NCBI GenBank assembly: GCA_951406725.2
Contig: OX597823.1
Coordinates: 85,188,001-85,252,000, forward strand
From: Octopus vulgaris
Lineage: Eukaryota
Direction of reading: 5' to 3'
DNA length: 64,000 nt
Shown here: in pieces, positions 1 through 17,439 of the stretch
How the letters are laid out: the number at the start of each line of letters is the position of its first letter
Numbering within the stretch: the stretch's first letter is position 1
Made by a program: the position numbers and the translations under genes
Notes under the pieces: generated by a model
Told to the model about the DNA's origin: nothing
What the model saw: only the letters and a program-made list of their open reading frames with translations
The model's database searches: none

Positions 1-796
1 ATAATAACAACAAACGATATTAAATAACTTGTAAATTTTATACATTGTATTCTGGGACAGTTTGTTTACTGGTGAAGTTTTGCTGGAGACTTTGGACAGA
101 TATTTTGAAATCTGTGCATTATTTCCCTTAACTGGAGAACTCTTTAGAGGATTTTAGCGCTTGCGTTCCCCTTTTGTTGTACAAAGATCTTCTCGATTCT
201 ATTACTGTTCAAAGATTTCCTCTCAAATAAATCATTCTTTGTATCGTAGGCAGAGCAGATGTTGGAAACTGCTATTTGATATCGTTTTTGTGAGAATTTT
301 CAGAGTTTCCATATTTATTGTATTATATCTTTCAATATCGTTTTCATTAGCAAATTTTTTCATCTGCTTTTTATTTATATATATTTAGTCGTATATTTTA
401 TTTACTTATTTTATCTCTCTTTTAAAAGGAAAAATCACAAAAGTAATTTTTTTTTCTTGTGGTGTACTCATTTTTCTTTCTTGTATTTTAATATAAGATT
501 CATTCATTAATGTTACAGTAGAATATTTTTTCGGCCAATATTTTTTTGTCTGCTCGTTGCTTATTATTTCATATTTTAAATCTGCTTCCTTTAACTTATA
601 GAACCAATTTTGTTCCGTTTCAAATAGAGGATAAAAAATACAAATTTTATTCTTATAAATTTCTTGAAAATAACCGGAACTTTATGAAAGTTGAGTGTTA
701 GACTCTGATTTTTTCCAAGGCTTTTGTGAAGAATTACTAGCAACAAAGATCTTTACTTTCTTTTCAAATATGTTCAGCAGTTGTTGTTGCTTGCCA

Positions 797-829
797 TTAT
801 TATTATCATGATGATGATGATGATTATCA

Positions 830-883
<54 letters not shown>
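797..883. repeat. (ATG)n/(ATT)n trinucleotide microsatellite
   Basis: Direct reading of the sequence. Confidence 0.95.
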
Positions 884-885
<2 letters not shown>

Positions 886-1699
886 TTATTTTCCTCTTGC
901 AAACTTCCTTTTCGGGTGTGTCTTTCATTGATTTTTCTGTTTATATGCTAGGAATTAAACAGATCGTAAATGTATATCTTTTCATGTAAATTCGAAAAAC
1001 TAAAGGATTGTTAAAAACATCGAAAGAAATGTTCTTTGATATGAGAAATCACATCAAGCGAACTCCATTTAATCATAAAGAATGGTGTATTTTTTTCAAA
1101 TAATTCAATTAAATCTACAAATTCGTATAGCATTGTTGATGCCTTTCAACGTATTTTCTAGAAGAGATGTAAATAACCAACTGGAAAGGCCCCCAGGAAA
1201 TTACTGCTAGGTATTCTAACCAAAGACGAAATAATCGAATGCATAAAGGCTGTTTAATTTTCTTTTCTTCTTGCTAAACATAAAAGCAGCTGATGAAGTT
1301 AACGAATGCAATAGCTGATGTGATCCACACAGATACACCAGCTTCCATTACGATCATGAAACTGTAAATTCTGGCTCTTTATGGCACGGAACAGGACGAT
1401 ACCCCTTGAAGACACAAACAGGAAGCCATATCGATTGGTGCTTACGGTTAGGTAACTGGCAGAAAGTCCATTATTTTCAGCCATAAACACAAAACGATGT
1501 AACTGCTCGCTTTTGTATCTCCATAGGAGTAAAATCAGACAAATTATGCCCCCGAAAGCCTATTCGCGGCTTCAAAGAACTAACCGTTATTAAACACATG
1601 ACAGATGAAGTCTACCATCTAAGAATTGAGAACGCAAAGGGACAGAATGCCACAACGCACCTCATCCAATGTCTAAGCATTCAATGAATCTTATTTCCC

Positions 1700-3020
1700 T
1701 GAGCTGGTACTTTATTTTATCGATGTCCTGCAAATATTGAGGACATTGTTGACCTCAGGTCGCTCAGTGTACGAACAAATATTGCTATGCATTAGTGTCT
1801 TCTTAGTTCATTCACCGCTTTACATAATTTCACTTGTTCTTCGATATGTATTTAATATTTTAGAGAGTGAGTGACAATCGTAATACAATTGGTGACGTAA
1901 GGAAATTAAAAGAAATTCTTTCAGCTCTAGGACAAATAAGGCATGTTACCCGGTTTCCGTGGCCTGTAAGAAGGCGACAGACATCACAACATCCTTTCTG
2001 AACGGGACTCTGGTTCATTGCAGTGTTCAAAGCCAGCGATCTTCGAGGGGACATCTTTTCAGTGGTTTACTTTATCAACCACAAAGGGATGGAAGGCAAA
2101 TTTTACTTCAGTCGGATTTGAAACCAGAACATAATGAGCCGGAAGAAATTCCATTACGTATTTTAATCGGCATACTAACGATTCTGTCAACTTATTGCCT
2201 TACCTAGCATAAATATAAGATATTATGATGTCGGTATGAGTTAATGTGTCTGACATCAGTCAAAAAAAAGACCAGTACATACTTATCGACCGGTGGGGAA
2301 ATGAAAGCAAATTTACAGAGGAATGATTATGAATTCAGATACAAGACAGAAAAAGAAACAATAATTTCTAATATTGCCATAAGGCCACGAAAGGAGAGAC
2401 CAGTAGCGCATTAAAATATCTTAATCATTCACTAATGCTTTATTTTATTGAAGCCCGAACGTTGAGAAATAAATCAGAGCTCAGTAGGATTCGAACTTAG
2501 AACGTAAAGATCGAAAATAAATAACACAGTGTATTTTGTCCGACGTTTAATCAGTTATTCTACCACACACCCATTTCTTCCTCTTCACTATGGTTATCTA
2601 TATTTTTTCAAATTTTGGTTCAAAGCCAGCAATTTTCGGTGGGAGTAAGGGGGTAACTCGATTACATCAACCTCCAACGCTTAACTTGTAATATTTTATG
2701 ATGAGAAAGAGAAAGTTGAGGTTGGTGGAAAAAAAACGGAAGCAAATACAGCCAAGCATTTTTTCCTTCGCGCTGACCATTCTGTCATATGCCCTCGTTT
2801 GTATTTACAAATAATTCTTTCTTATTTCATCACTAGCCCAGCAAATCTTTATTGGGGAGAGGAACTCGATGACTTTCGACCCTTGTGCTTAACTGGTACT
2901 TTAATTCATCAACCTCGAAATGATGAAAGACAAAATTAAACCCAGAATGTAAATCGCAGGAGAAAAATCCGCCGTCCGTTTTGATCGATTCACTAACGAT
3001 TCAACCAGATCGCCGCTTTT
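1700..3020 (-). mobile_element. Cluster of about 6 degenerate tRNA-derived SINE copies (family A)
   Basis: Repeated decayed matches to ggtactt..ttatcgacccc..gatgaaaggcaaa..gaactcagaacg..ctaacgattctg at about 1700-1820, 2060-2205, 2270-2345, 2370-2570, 2610-2790 and 2815-3020. Confidence 0.65.
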
Positions 3021-3559
3021 GAGTTGGCGAATAACAGCAACAAAATTGATGTAGTCTTCATTCTGACGTGTTACACATTCTACTACTATATTCCTTTACA
3101 TCCACAAAGAGCATATAAAAGGCAGTTGTATGATATAAATGGTAGTAAAACCAAAAATCTTTAAAGTTGGCCTCAGTATTTGTCTGGTAATTATTTTAAC
3201 AAACACGAAATACAGAAAACCAAAATGCTTTCGAGTAAAGAATGTTAAGAGGTATAATGCACAAGCGCATTCACTACATCTCGAAATCTCTCTACGCTCA
3301 GGAATAGACGTTTATAAAATTTGAAAAACAATTGTATATTATAATAAAACGTTTATATTTTGGGGGATTTACGAGATGACATCAAGGTTTTTTCTTATAT
3401 TTCCACACCTCAATACCTTGATAAATATATCAAAATACATTATATAATCATATCTTTAGACAATACATCATTAAATTAGCCTTATTGATTGTCTTAATGG
3501 CGTTTGTTAGCTTCAATTACGTGTGCATCTGCATTATTTAAAACTACATACACCTCCAT

Positions 3560-3584
3560 GTACATATATATATATATATATACT

Positions 3585-3621
<37 letters not shown>

Positions 3622-3633
3622 GTATATGTATAT

Positions 3634-3730
<97 letters not shown>

Positions 3731-3793
3731 CATATATATAAATATTTGTATATATATGTATATATCTATCCATCTATTTACCTCACTCTCTTA

Positions 3794-3822
<29 letters not shown>
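3560..3822. repeat. (TA)n/(TC)n compound microsatellite
   Basis: Direct reading. Confidence 0.95.
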
Positions 3823-3824
<2 letters not shown>

Positions 3825-4383
3825 ATCAACAATTGCTCCTACATTTATCTTATCTACAATGAAATATTACATGTATGGAGTAAGTATTAGAATTATAATG
3901 CGAAAAATAATAGAGAAAAGAAAACAAAAGAAACAAAAAACAAACAGAAAAATTATAAAAAGAAAACAAACAACAACCCTAAAAGACAGAATGAAAGAAA
4001 CCTAAAATGGAAATAAATGTATTGATGCGTATTTTGAAAGAATATTTGTAAGAAAGCATTGCATTGAAACATGGGTTAAACAATACAGAATAAGAGCGTT
4101 AATATTTATAATTGCATGTAAAGTTGTTGTTTTTCTTTTCTCTGGATTACGTTTGTTTCGTCAGTTTATTATACACCACTTGGCTTACGATCAGGTGTTA
4201 TGCGTGTATAGAGAAAACTAATAATTGTCTTTGTTCCTATTAAGATGAGTTCAGTCAGTTGAAATTGAAAGCCGGGGTGGAACATTAGTGTAATGGCAGT
4301 ACGTTACCATATTCATGTTTTAATATCACTTGTTTTGATAAATGTGTATGCGTGTGTCGATGTATGAGAGTGCTTGTATAAAA

Positions 4384-4402
4384 CTATCTATCTATCTGTC
4401 TG

Positions 4403-4490
<88 letters not shown>

Positions 4491-4566
4491 ACTATCTAAC
4501 TGTCTGTCTGTCTCTCTGTTTGTCTGTCTGTCCGTCCGACCATCCATCCGTCCATCCATCTATCTC

Positions 4567-4649
<83 letters not shown>

Positions 4650-4656
4650 CTATCTG

Positions 4657-4701
<45 letters not shown>

Positions 4702-4774
4702 TTATCTATCGATCTATCTATCTGTCTATCTAGTTATCTATCTATCTATCTATTTCTCTATCTGTATAGATCAG

Positions 4775-4835
<61 letters not shown>

Positions 4836-5017
4836 GTACATATATATATCTATATATATATGCATGTATATATGTATGTATATATATCTATATACATGCA
4901 TACATACATACATATGCATACATACATATATATATACATAATAAATGTATCTATGCAAATATATGTGTGTATGTGTGTATGCATGCATGTATCTATGTAT
5001 GTATGTACGTATGTATG
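4384..5017. repeat. (TATC)n/(CA)n/(TA)n/(TATG)n compound microsatellite
   Basis: Direct reading. Confidence 0.95.
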
Positions 5018-6350
5018 CTTTCATTGATCATGCAGCATAAGATTCTGAAAACTCCCGCTGAGCGTATTTTTGTTATTCAGCCTGAGTGTTCTTAACTAAA
5101 ATTGTTTATGAAGTTCAGTTATTTGAAATGATTCTGTATTAATAGAGCTAGTATTGTGATGGCAACGACATGATCTCAATTTGCTTTTGGAAATTTATCT
5201 TAACATTTCAATTCGCTGTTAATTTCAAATGTATTTCAACAAAACTATTTTGAAAAAAATTCAATAAGACTTTCTAATTGTTTATTTAGAGATGATGCAA
5301 ATATTTAAAAGCGGTGTTCATACTTTTGCATGGCATTCAATGTTTTATTCACAACTACACATATCCCATTTATATCCATGGAGATGAATTAGGCTTTTAA
5401 AGATAAAAGAATATTTAAATTCTTTCTGGAGTATTAGTTGTGTACCAATATCTTCAAACACCTGCAGATATTTATGTACAATAATAACAGTTCTCGCAAA
5501 TACGATCATTAATCCATACAGAACACCCTTCATATAAATACACATATATACGTATGTAGATATATGTGTGTTTGGGTGTGTGTGGGCATGTATATTTGAA
5601 AAGTTTTACAGCAAACGATTATTTAGCTTAAATATAAGATTTTTACAATCATGTTTAAATAATTAATTTTCTAGCTGTAGGTAAAGAAGTGCTATAGGTT
5701 TTAAAGGAAACGTCAAGTCAGAATTAATTAAAAATAACACTAAGAGCAGAAAGGGAGCAGCTGCATGTGTCACAGCCGAAAAATTTGATAACAAATGCTG
5801 CATAGCGTAATCTATTAGACACCATAACGCGTATATATCTATGTATATACTTTGGTATCCAAGGTACAACATGTGTTGTTTATGTAATATTATGATAAAT
5901 AAACGATAAATGAAAATATTTATCACACGTAATTTTTATAAGTTTAAAACAGAGTTGCTCCGTATTTTCTTGCGGAGATCTTGCGTAACCTCAAAATATC
6001 TATGTACGAAGGCATTCCATTCACTACATTTCTATCTTATGTTCAAACGTACCGGAACTGGAACCGTATTATCCAATCGGTATGACATTGCTATTCTTTA
6101 AATGCTGGATAGCATAAGAAGCTGTTTAGTAGCTATTTCTAGGAGTCTGAGTGAGAATATGAAAACTCGTTATTCTGTTCCATTCTCGAGATATGCCTGT
6201 GTTTAGGTGCAGGGCTTTCTGGATAACAAGTGGTTTCAGATTCATATTCACTGTGCGACTACTTGGAATGCTGTAGCTCGGGACTGACCAATATGTCTTG
6301 TGAATAAATTCCTTAAGCTGAAAGTGTATAACGTGTGAAAACTAGTCGTT

Positions 6351-6980
<630 letters not shown>

Positions 6981-6996
6981 TGCATAAATGTATGTG

Positions 6997-8247
6997 TCTG
7001 GTCATCCCATAAGTTCTGTCCAAATTTTGAATAAAGAAAGCAAGTGATCATATGTTATATTTAATTGAAATTTAATTATCAATGTACTTTCCCTGATTAT
7101 CTATGACTTCCTTCCATTTATTTACAAGCTTTTTGATCCCATCAATGTAAAACTCATTTGGTTTCAAAGGGAAGAACTCTGAAATGTCAGTTTCGACCTC
7201 CTCCTGGCTTGCGTAAGTTATGTCCTGCAAATGATTCTGTAAACTACGAAACAAATGGTAGTCTGAAGGAGCAAGGCTGCGAGAATAAGGTGGATGAGGA
7301 ATTTTTTTCCAACCAAGTACTTCGATCTTCTGTGATGTGATCTTTGCACTGTGGGGTCGCGAATTGTCCTGATGAAATATCACTCCTTTTCGCTAAATCG
7401 GGTCTTTGTTTCTTCAAAGTTTGGTTCAAACGCTCTTATTACTGAGAGTAGAATTCAGCATTGATGGTTGCATTAGGTGAAAACAATTCAAAGTGAAATA
7501 CTCGTTTGCAATCCCACCAGATAGAGAGAAGAACCTTTTTTTACATGAAGTTCTTTTCTCAGTTGTGGTTCAGCTTTTTCCCTTTTACCAAGCCACTATT
7601 TACGGTGTTTAACATTTCTATAGAAGATCCATTTCTCTCCACCATTCACAAGTCTATCCAAAAAGGGTGACATGTGTTCGCGAGAATGGAGAGAAGAGCA
7701 GATGTCAAATTGGAAGTTGTAGTTGCTTTCGGACAATTCATGAGGCACCCATTTTCCAAGTTTAGGAACCTTTCCAAGTTCTTGAAGATTACGATGGACA
7801 GATGTATTGTTTGCACTAAGCGTTATTGCCAATTCTTCAACTGATAATGCAGCATTTTCTTCAAGTAATGCCTCAAGGAGCTTATAATCAAACTCAACTG
7901 GATGTCCTGTTCGATGTTCATCTTAAAGGCTGAAATCTCCACTTCTGAATTTTGCAAGCCACCTTCTGCAATTTCTTTCATTCAAGCATTCTTTCCCTTA
8001 AACTGAGTGTATGTTTTTTGTACTCAAAATGCATTATGTGCCTTAAATGCTGTTCGGATATATGTTAGAAATGGTTCTAATCAAAGAAATTTTGATTCTA
8101 TTATTCTGTAAAATAATATTTAATTAGTTTAAATGTACATAAATGCATAAAATTAATTTTTAATTCCATTAGACATTCTAAAACACTATTAAATTTCATT
8201 CAATTACAAAAGAGGTAAAATCGAACAGAACTTATGGGATGACCTGA
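6997..8247 (-). mobile_element. Full-length mariner DNA transposon, decayed
   Basis: TIRs tc(t/a)ggtcatcccataagttctgt at both ends; about 1.25 kb; internal transposase remnant. Confidence 0.95.
7072..8066 (-). pseudogene. Mariner DD34D transposase pseudogene
   Basis: Motifs GKWVPHEL, NGGEKW (first catalytic D lost), HQDNSRPH, PYSRSLAPSDYHLF and WKEVIDNQGKY; stops and frameshifts. Confidence 0.95.
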
Positions 8248-8278
8248 AATATATACATACATATATATACACACACAC

Positions 8279-8360
<82 letters not shown>

Positions 8361-8619
8361 CATATTCATATACATATGTGTGTACATCTATGTTTTTGCG
8401 TTTGTGTTTTTACCTTCATACCACAACCAATGTTCATCTGTTTGCGTTGCGTTTCTATAACGTAGTGATTGGGCAAAAGGATCTATAAGCGAAGCACCAC
8501 GAATGCAAATAAGTACTGAGGGCATTTTTTCCGCCTAAAGCCTTCACACAGATGTCTCAACATAGCCAGAGTTCAATAACTGAAATATGTCAAAGATATA
8601 AAAAAAGAAAAGGTATTAA

Positions 8620-9860
8620 TCAACAGATGAAATCTGGTGTCGGTGTCCCCTTTACCTCGCCGGATGAGTATAGTGAAAGCAAGATGTCCCGAGAAGGAAA
8701 AACGAAGAGGAGAAGAAAAGTGAAGAAAAAATACCTATTTCTTAATTACCCACAAGGGGCTAAACACAGAGAGGACAAACAAGGACAGACAAACGGATTA
8801 AGTCGATTGTATCGATCCCAGTGCGTAACTGATACTTAATTTATCGACTCCGAAAGGATGAAAGGCAAAGTCGACCTCGGCGGAATTTGAACTCACAACG
8901 TAACAGCAGACGAAATACCGTTAAGCATTTCGCCCGGCGTGCTAACGATTCTGCCAGTTCAGAAATAAATACCGAAGATGTAGTACCAACGAAAGAGACA
9001 GACAGAGTAGAGGAACGAACCCTTGACAGTAGTAAACACGAGGAAGAGAAAGGAATGGGAGAATTCTCCCCCAGACAGTCAAAAAAGGCTAAAGGAGATT
9101 GTGATGGAAGAAAAGAGAAATAGGTGTGAAGCACCAACAGAAGCAGTGGTGAAATGAGCCACACGGGAAAAAAGCAGCATTATGACAGGGAGAAAAAGGA
9201 AGCATTCATAAAATTGGTTGTGATGTTTCTGCACGCCCGAACAGATCAGGACGGGAGCCGAAGCAAGCTGAAGGGAAAAGGGAGAGATACGAGTGGCATT
9301 TGGTCACGTATTCCAAAAGTAAAGAAATAGAGAAAACGATTGTGAAATTTAAATCGGTAATAAGAGTAAAGCTGCTGCCAGAAAATACCCGGAACACACT
9401 AAAGGAATAGTCATAGATAAAGAGAGATATTTGAAATTAAGAGAGATGTATGAACTTTTCATAGACCCCGTTGGGGGTTGAAGTCGAGTTTGACGAGCTC
9501 CCACCGGTCGTGGATTTGAAACCTTTTAAGAACATTTAAAAATAAGTAAAAATTGTATTTCATAAAGAAAAGAGGAAAATAAACTGTTAAAATGTATAAA
9601 GAAAAAAGAAAAAAAGCGAAAAAAACCCCCAAAGACTAAGAAAAAGAACAAATTTAAAAAAAGGAAAAAGAAAAAAAGACTAAGAACGTTTAATTGTAAA
9701 AAAATAATCGCGGTTTCGTCTCGGAGCGGAACCGAGAAAACTGTCTCATATTCATTATAATTTAATTCATTGTAATCACTTCTTTCATATGTTTTTTGTT
9801 CCCGCATGTTTGTGTATGTCCTCGCTGAATTCAGACCTTGTGCCTCTAATAAAGAGATAA
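8620..9860 (+). mobile_element. Possible L1/Tx1-like LINE remnant (charged ORF1-like segment and 3'-UTR-like end), interrupted by a SINE
   Basis: Purine-rich K/E/R-coding stretch; end gtcctc...cttgtgcctctaataaagaga resembles the Tx1-like 3' end at about 62720-62760 (- strand). No catalytic motif seen. Confidence 0.3.
8732..8959 (-). mobile_element. tRNA-derived SINE, family A
   Basis: Minus strand carries A-box-like ctggcagaatcgtt, B box gagttcaaattcc and core gactttgcctttcatcctttcgg.gtcgataaattaagta; flanks agaaa(t)aaatacc look like a TSD. Confidence 0.9.
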
Positions 9861-10530
9861 ACTTGTGATTTGTGTATCATAGGTTGAAGACGGGAAGGAT
9901 TGCTTCTCTTTACAAATACTGATAGGGCCCAGAAAGCCAGCTGGAGGAGGTATCCTCCTGGGGCTACAAGCTACAGTAGCATCCATCCTTAGGGGTTAAC
10001 CACATTTAAGTTGCAAAAATACTTCACTATATAACCACACTTATGTAAAAAAATATATATATATTTTTAAATATTTAAATATATATATAAACGTATACAC
10101 ATGCACACATACACACATATACACACACATATATAGACACATGTGTATTGAAAGACACAGAAGCATGTACTTCATTATTATCTGTCTGTACTTGATTTGT
10201 AATTAATCTGTCTAGTTTCTGCTTATATAATTATGTTGAATGTGTATATGTCTGCGTATCTTTCTATATGTATGTACATATGTGCCTGCACGCGTGACAA
10301 TGTGACAGTGAGAGGGAGAGAGAGAAAGATAGTGAGAGACAGAGAGGAAGAGAGAGTCAAGGAATGAGAAAGGGTGGATGTGTGTGTGTGTGTGTGTGCA
10401 TTTTCGTTTCATTCTCGTATTTTATAAACGCTACGGAAACGAAGAAATTCCTAAAGTAAATGCATTGGCATCACATATACCCGTACTGGCTTCAAACGGT
10501 ATATTTAATATATATATATATTAACATTTG

Positions 10531-10762
10531 TTCCTTCTCGAACCATTCCTGGCTCATAGGGCCGGTTCCCAGGTTTCCGTGGCGTATAGGTTCCCCACCT
10601 GTACAGGACGCCGGTCAGTCGCAAGTGAGATGCAAGATGCAGGGGCCGCGTGGAGCTTAGGTGTTGCGCTCATAAACACACACATCGCCCGATATGAGAT
10701 TCGAACCGGCGATCCCTCGACCGCGAGTCCACTGGTCTGACCACTAGGCCATGTGCTTCCAC
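10531..10762 (-). mobile_element. tRNA-derived SINE, family C, tail variant 3
   Basis: Head tggcctagtggtc...ggttcgaatctc; body acacctaagctccacg shared with 26158-26412 and 45879-46237; distinct tail gccacggaaacc.ggaaccggccctatgagcc. Confidence 0.85.
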
Positions 10763-11559
10763 ACACACACGCACACACACACACAGACACACACATATAC
10801 ATACATATAGAATCATTTGTAGCATTCATTTGGATCAAGGTATTAAAAGCAAGTTCACCAAGTTAGGGTTGAGATTAGCATATCCATGTATATATCGTAT
10901 ACGGAAATTCAAGCATATACCAATGTATATACGGACATGTCTTAACATTTACTTGCATATGAACAAATCAATACACACAGCCATAAAAATAGATATGTAC
11001 GCTGCTTATCAATAGACAGGTTCACAGCTTCTTGATCAACTGTTAGTTCCAGGTTCATCATAGGAAATATTCCTGCGGTGGTGTTTACATAAACGAATAA
11101 GGCAAACGGATTAACGTTCACTAGATTTTTATCAGATACGTTTTCATTTTTTTTATTAATAAACTGATTCACGCGTTGAAAAAAAAAATAACGTTTCCTT
11201 CGGGTTAATAAAAAGCTTAAAATTCAAAATTCAAAAATTTGGTTCGGAAAATACCAATATGTGGAATGTGCTGACCCTCTCATTTTGACAATAAGTGAGT
11301 GAATGAAGGTATACATAAATATAACCAGATATCAAACTGGTTGAGTCATAAACCGGTCATCAGACAAAGTAGTTGCGTACTAAAGCATTTGTGTTAAATA
11401 CATGGTGAGAGATGAATCTTAAAAGGAAGAGAGAAGAGGTGAGAGAGAGGGAAAGAGAGAAAGAAAGGATGGCAAGGGATAAAGCTTAAGAGGGAAGCAA
11501 ACGAAAAGAAGAATAGAGGTGAGACTGGAGATTATCAGTGTAGATTGTATGATGGTTTG

Positions 11560-11925
11560 TAGTCTTAACGTCAATAATTTTTCTCTCCACTGGATCAACA
11601 ACCGAACTGGTCGGCTCTGCATATTATCAAGGATCCCGCCATCTCCGTTAAGAATAAGGACTCAGTACTGTAATAGTTTGGGTTTCGAGGGTCATAGATA
11701 TTCAAATGTTTGCCAAAAAGCATCAGAGGATTGGGAAGTCTTTAAAGACTGTCTGAATTTTTTTTTTATCTGAATTACCAGATGAAACCATACGTATCAC
11801 GGCAGGAGGCACGAAGAAAAGCAGCTCCGTCCAACTCGCATCTTCCCCAGGAAGTACAGAAAAGACACCCAAACATACTGAAAGGCGGTGCTCTAGGATG
11901 GTCCTGCCACTAGCCGAAACCAGTT
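11560..11925 (+). mobile_element. Old 3' fragment of a CR1-clade LINE
   Basis: NRTGRLCILSRIPPSPLRIRTQYCNSLGFEG aligns with ARTGRHCVVPRTPNLPSRCRTRFCDSLGFRG of the LINE at 23700-23800; tail ggcggtgctctaggatgg...gccgaaac. Confidence 0.85.
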
Positions 11926-12132
11926 AGAACTTTAAACACAAATCATAGAAATTATCAAAAATTTATAAAATGCAATCAAATTTGCCAACGCAGCAAATAT
12001 ATTCTGGGCAACAAATGTGTTTTGTCCAGCCCCGCAAACTATCTTGGATCTCTCAACACGTATTTTCTTCATACAGACTAAGGAGGGAACACGGCGCTTT
12101 CATATTATATTTCCGTCCTTAATTATCTAAAT

Positions 12133-14860
<2,728 letters not shown>

Positions 14861-15118
14861 GTCAATGATAACATCTGGCGCGAAAACACTAAGTACATAT
14901 TTACATAACTAAAAATACAAATTTCTTTTAATCTCTTCTATACCTCTCTTTATGACTAACTTTAATTCGAAGCTCGGTTTTTGTCTGCCATTCCCCCTAC
15001 TCTTATTCTCTTCTCTTTTACCCCTATTATTCAAAGCCAACATTTATTTTATTTCATATCTGCAATCTAAACGGCCAGCAAAACATTACAAACAATAAAG
15101 GAACCTTTTTTTTCGTAC

Positions 15119-15187
15119 CATTCCTCCCTCGCCGCCTCACTACGCGTCCGCTGTACCTCCAATGACTGCATCACCCTTTCGTGTATT
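15119..15187 (-). CDS. Candidate 69-bp internal coding exon, phase 2-2 (IHERVMQSLEVQRTRSEAAREE), unidentified host gene
   Basis: GC-rich island in AT-rich DNA; acceptor tttttctcttcctctttattgtcgattcag; donor TG|gtacga; length divisible by 3; only one of three frames is open. Confidence 0.55.
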
Positions 15188-15702
15188 CTGAATCGACAAT
15201 AAAGAGGAGAAGAGAAAAATTCTAGAAAAATAGAAAGAATGATAACAAGACCTAAAGCATCATCACTATGATCGGCATCAGCATCATTTTCAACAGCCAG
15301 TACTACTATAATAAATAAGAAAGAAAGCATGAATAACATGATAATAATATTAACAATAATATGACGTCTACATTCAACCTCGTATCTTTAACGTTTCTAC
15401 TCTACATGTAGATCATAAAATTGTATATAAAGACAACATTGATTTACTATATTTATGAAAATAAAAGCTTCAGTCCCATCCACCATTGTTGGAGTTGGTA
15501 CAATGCATTTATAACAATGTGCTTTCTCAGACATGACAATTTATTCCGAAAGAAAATAAAGACCGCATATTAAAAAGAAAGAATTGTGGGGAGAGAGGTT
15601 TACAAAGCGAGTTCATAATAGAGGGAAAAAATATATATTATAAACAGAGAAAGAAAACGCATAAGAGAAAAATATATAAATAAATATGTATTGATACCAA
15701 TG

Positions 15703-15784
<82 letters not shown>

Positions 15785-15807
15785 TAATAATGATAATAAT
15801 AATAATA
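15703..15807. repeat. (AAT)n microsatellite
   Basis: Direct reading. Confidence 0.95.
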
Positions 15808-16069
15808 AGGTTGAGGAGAAAAAATGCGCAAAACGAAAGAGGCTCGGAAAACATAAAAAAAAGTAAATAAATTAAAATTTCAAAGAAAAATAATGTTAAA
15901 GAAAAGAATGGAAGATGGAAAAAAAATAGGACAAAACAATTGATTATTTAAAATACATTTAGTTTAGATTAACATATACTTCACTGAAGCCCCGTATGTT
16001 TTACAATTTACAACTGTAAATGGCAGCATTTTCAACTAATCACCTGCCTGAAATCTTTAGTTTCTGGTT

Positions 16070-16227
16070 ATGTATACATATATAATATACACTCACATAT
16101 ATAATACACGCTCACATATGTATTATATACATGCATATATACATAAGTACATATATATAAATACACAAACAAAAATATGTATATATATCTATATACAGGT
16201 ATATACAGATCCATACATATGCATATA

Positions 16228-16278
<51 letters not shown>

Positions 16279-16290
16279 TTGTGTGTGTTC

Positions 16291-16328
<38 letters not shown>

Positions 16329-16513
16329 AGAGAGAGAGAGAGAGGAAAAGAGAGAGAGAGAGAAATACATACATACATATGTTTGTGTATATTTATGTAT
16401 ATATGTATACTTATACAGACATGTATATATGTCACTTAATATAAGTCCACCCACACACACGAACAATATATGTATGCCTGTATGTAGATATGTATACATA
16501 TATACATACACAT

Positions 16514-16578
<65 letters not shown>

Positions 16579-16620
16579 TATTTGCACAGAGGTAGTTATA
16601 TAGACAGATACAGATATATG
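16070..16620. repeat. (TA)n/(GA)n/(CA)n compound microsatellite
   Basis: Direct reading. Confidence 0.9.
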
Positions 16621-17395
16621 TAATCATACAAATCTATGTGTATGAGTATTAGCATAATTCTTATTCAGCTTGTGAATTTTTGTGAATGTTTGTGTTTGTA
16701 TATCAAACTAATAGTAATTTCCCTCTGTGCGTGTGCGCGCTTGCGTGCGAACTATTGTACCTTGTTTTATACTTGTGCACCTGTAAAAATAGTCTGCATA
16801 TACAAATTTGCACCTGGAATATTCGAATAGAATTCAATATTTCAACACACTTCCTTTTAAAAGTCAACGAATTTGTGCGATAAAATCCACTACAGAGCAA
16901 GCTAATATAGATATTCCCCAGTACTTGTATTCGTCGTGTTGTTCTCTTACTCGGAATTTGACAATGTATCTGAAGAGTTTTACTACAAAATCCATGATAA
17001 GGTCACTGACTCCTAGCAGTGTATATATTTGAGGGAAAGAGCCAAACATTAGCAGGCATGTGTGTAGAGACTCAGCATTAATTTTATTGAACTGTAAAGC
17101 TATAAATATAATTTATGACCCGTATTAGGAAACAGTATAAGAAATATTTACATGCAGTTGCAGTCTTTGGAACTGCATTTAAATTATTTTATATCCCAAT
17201 TCCGATCAAGTTCTACTGTAGCGTTTATTAACCAAACCAGTATTCTAAATAACTAGAGAAAGAATTACAATTTTTTTTCTGAAGGTCTGGTTTTTATAAT
17301 AACTTAACGATTACGTATAACATACATATGTTTGTGAAACACCTGTAAAAAGACGGTACATTACGAGGTTATAATAAGAATAAAGTTTATATAAA

Positions 17396-17439
<44 letters not shown>

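Noticed and set aside
1420-1470. Peptide resemblance SYLTVSTNRYG to SYLTV...STNRNYG at about 49810-49880
   Set aside because: Short, gapped and not extendable; treated as coincidence.
9460-9525. Three small adjacent hairpins suggesting a cloverleaf RNA
   Set aside because: No acceptor stem or T-loop consensus on either strand.
11000-11072. Possible next exon (NISYDEPGTNS*) after 15119
   Set aside because: Weak acceptor, chosen after the fact for phase compatibility; unsupported.
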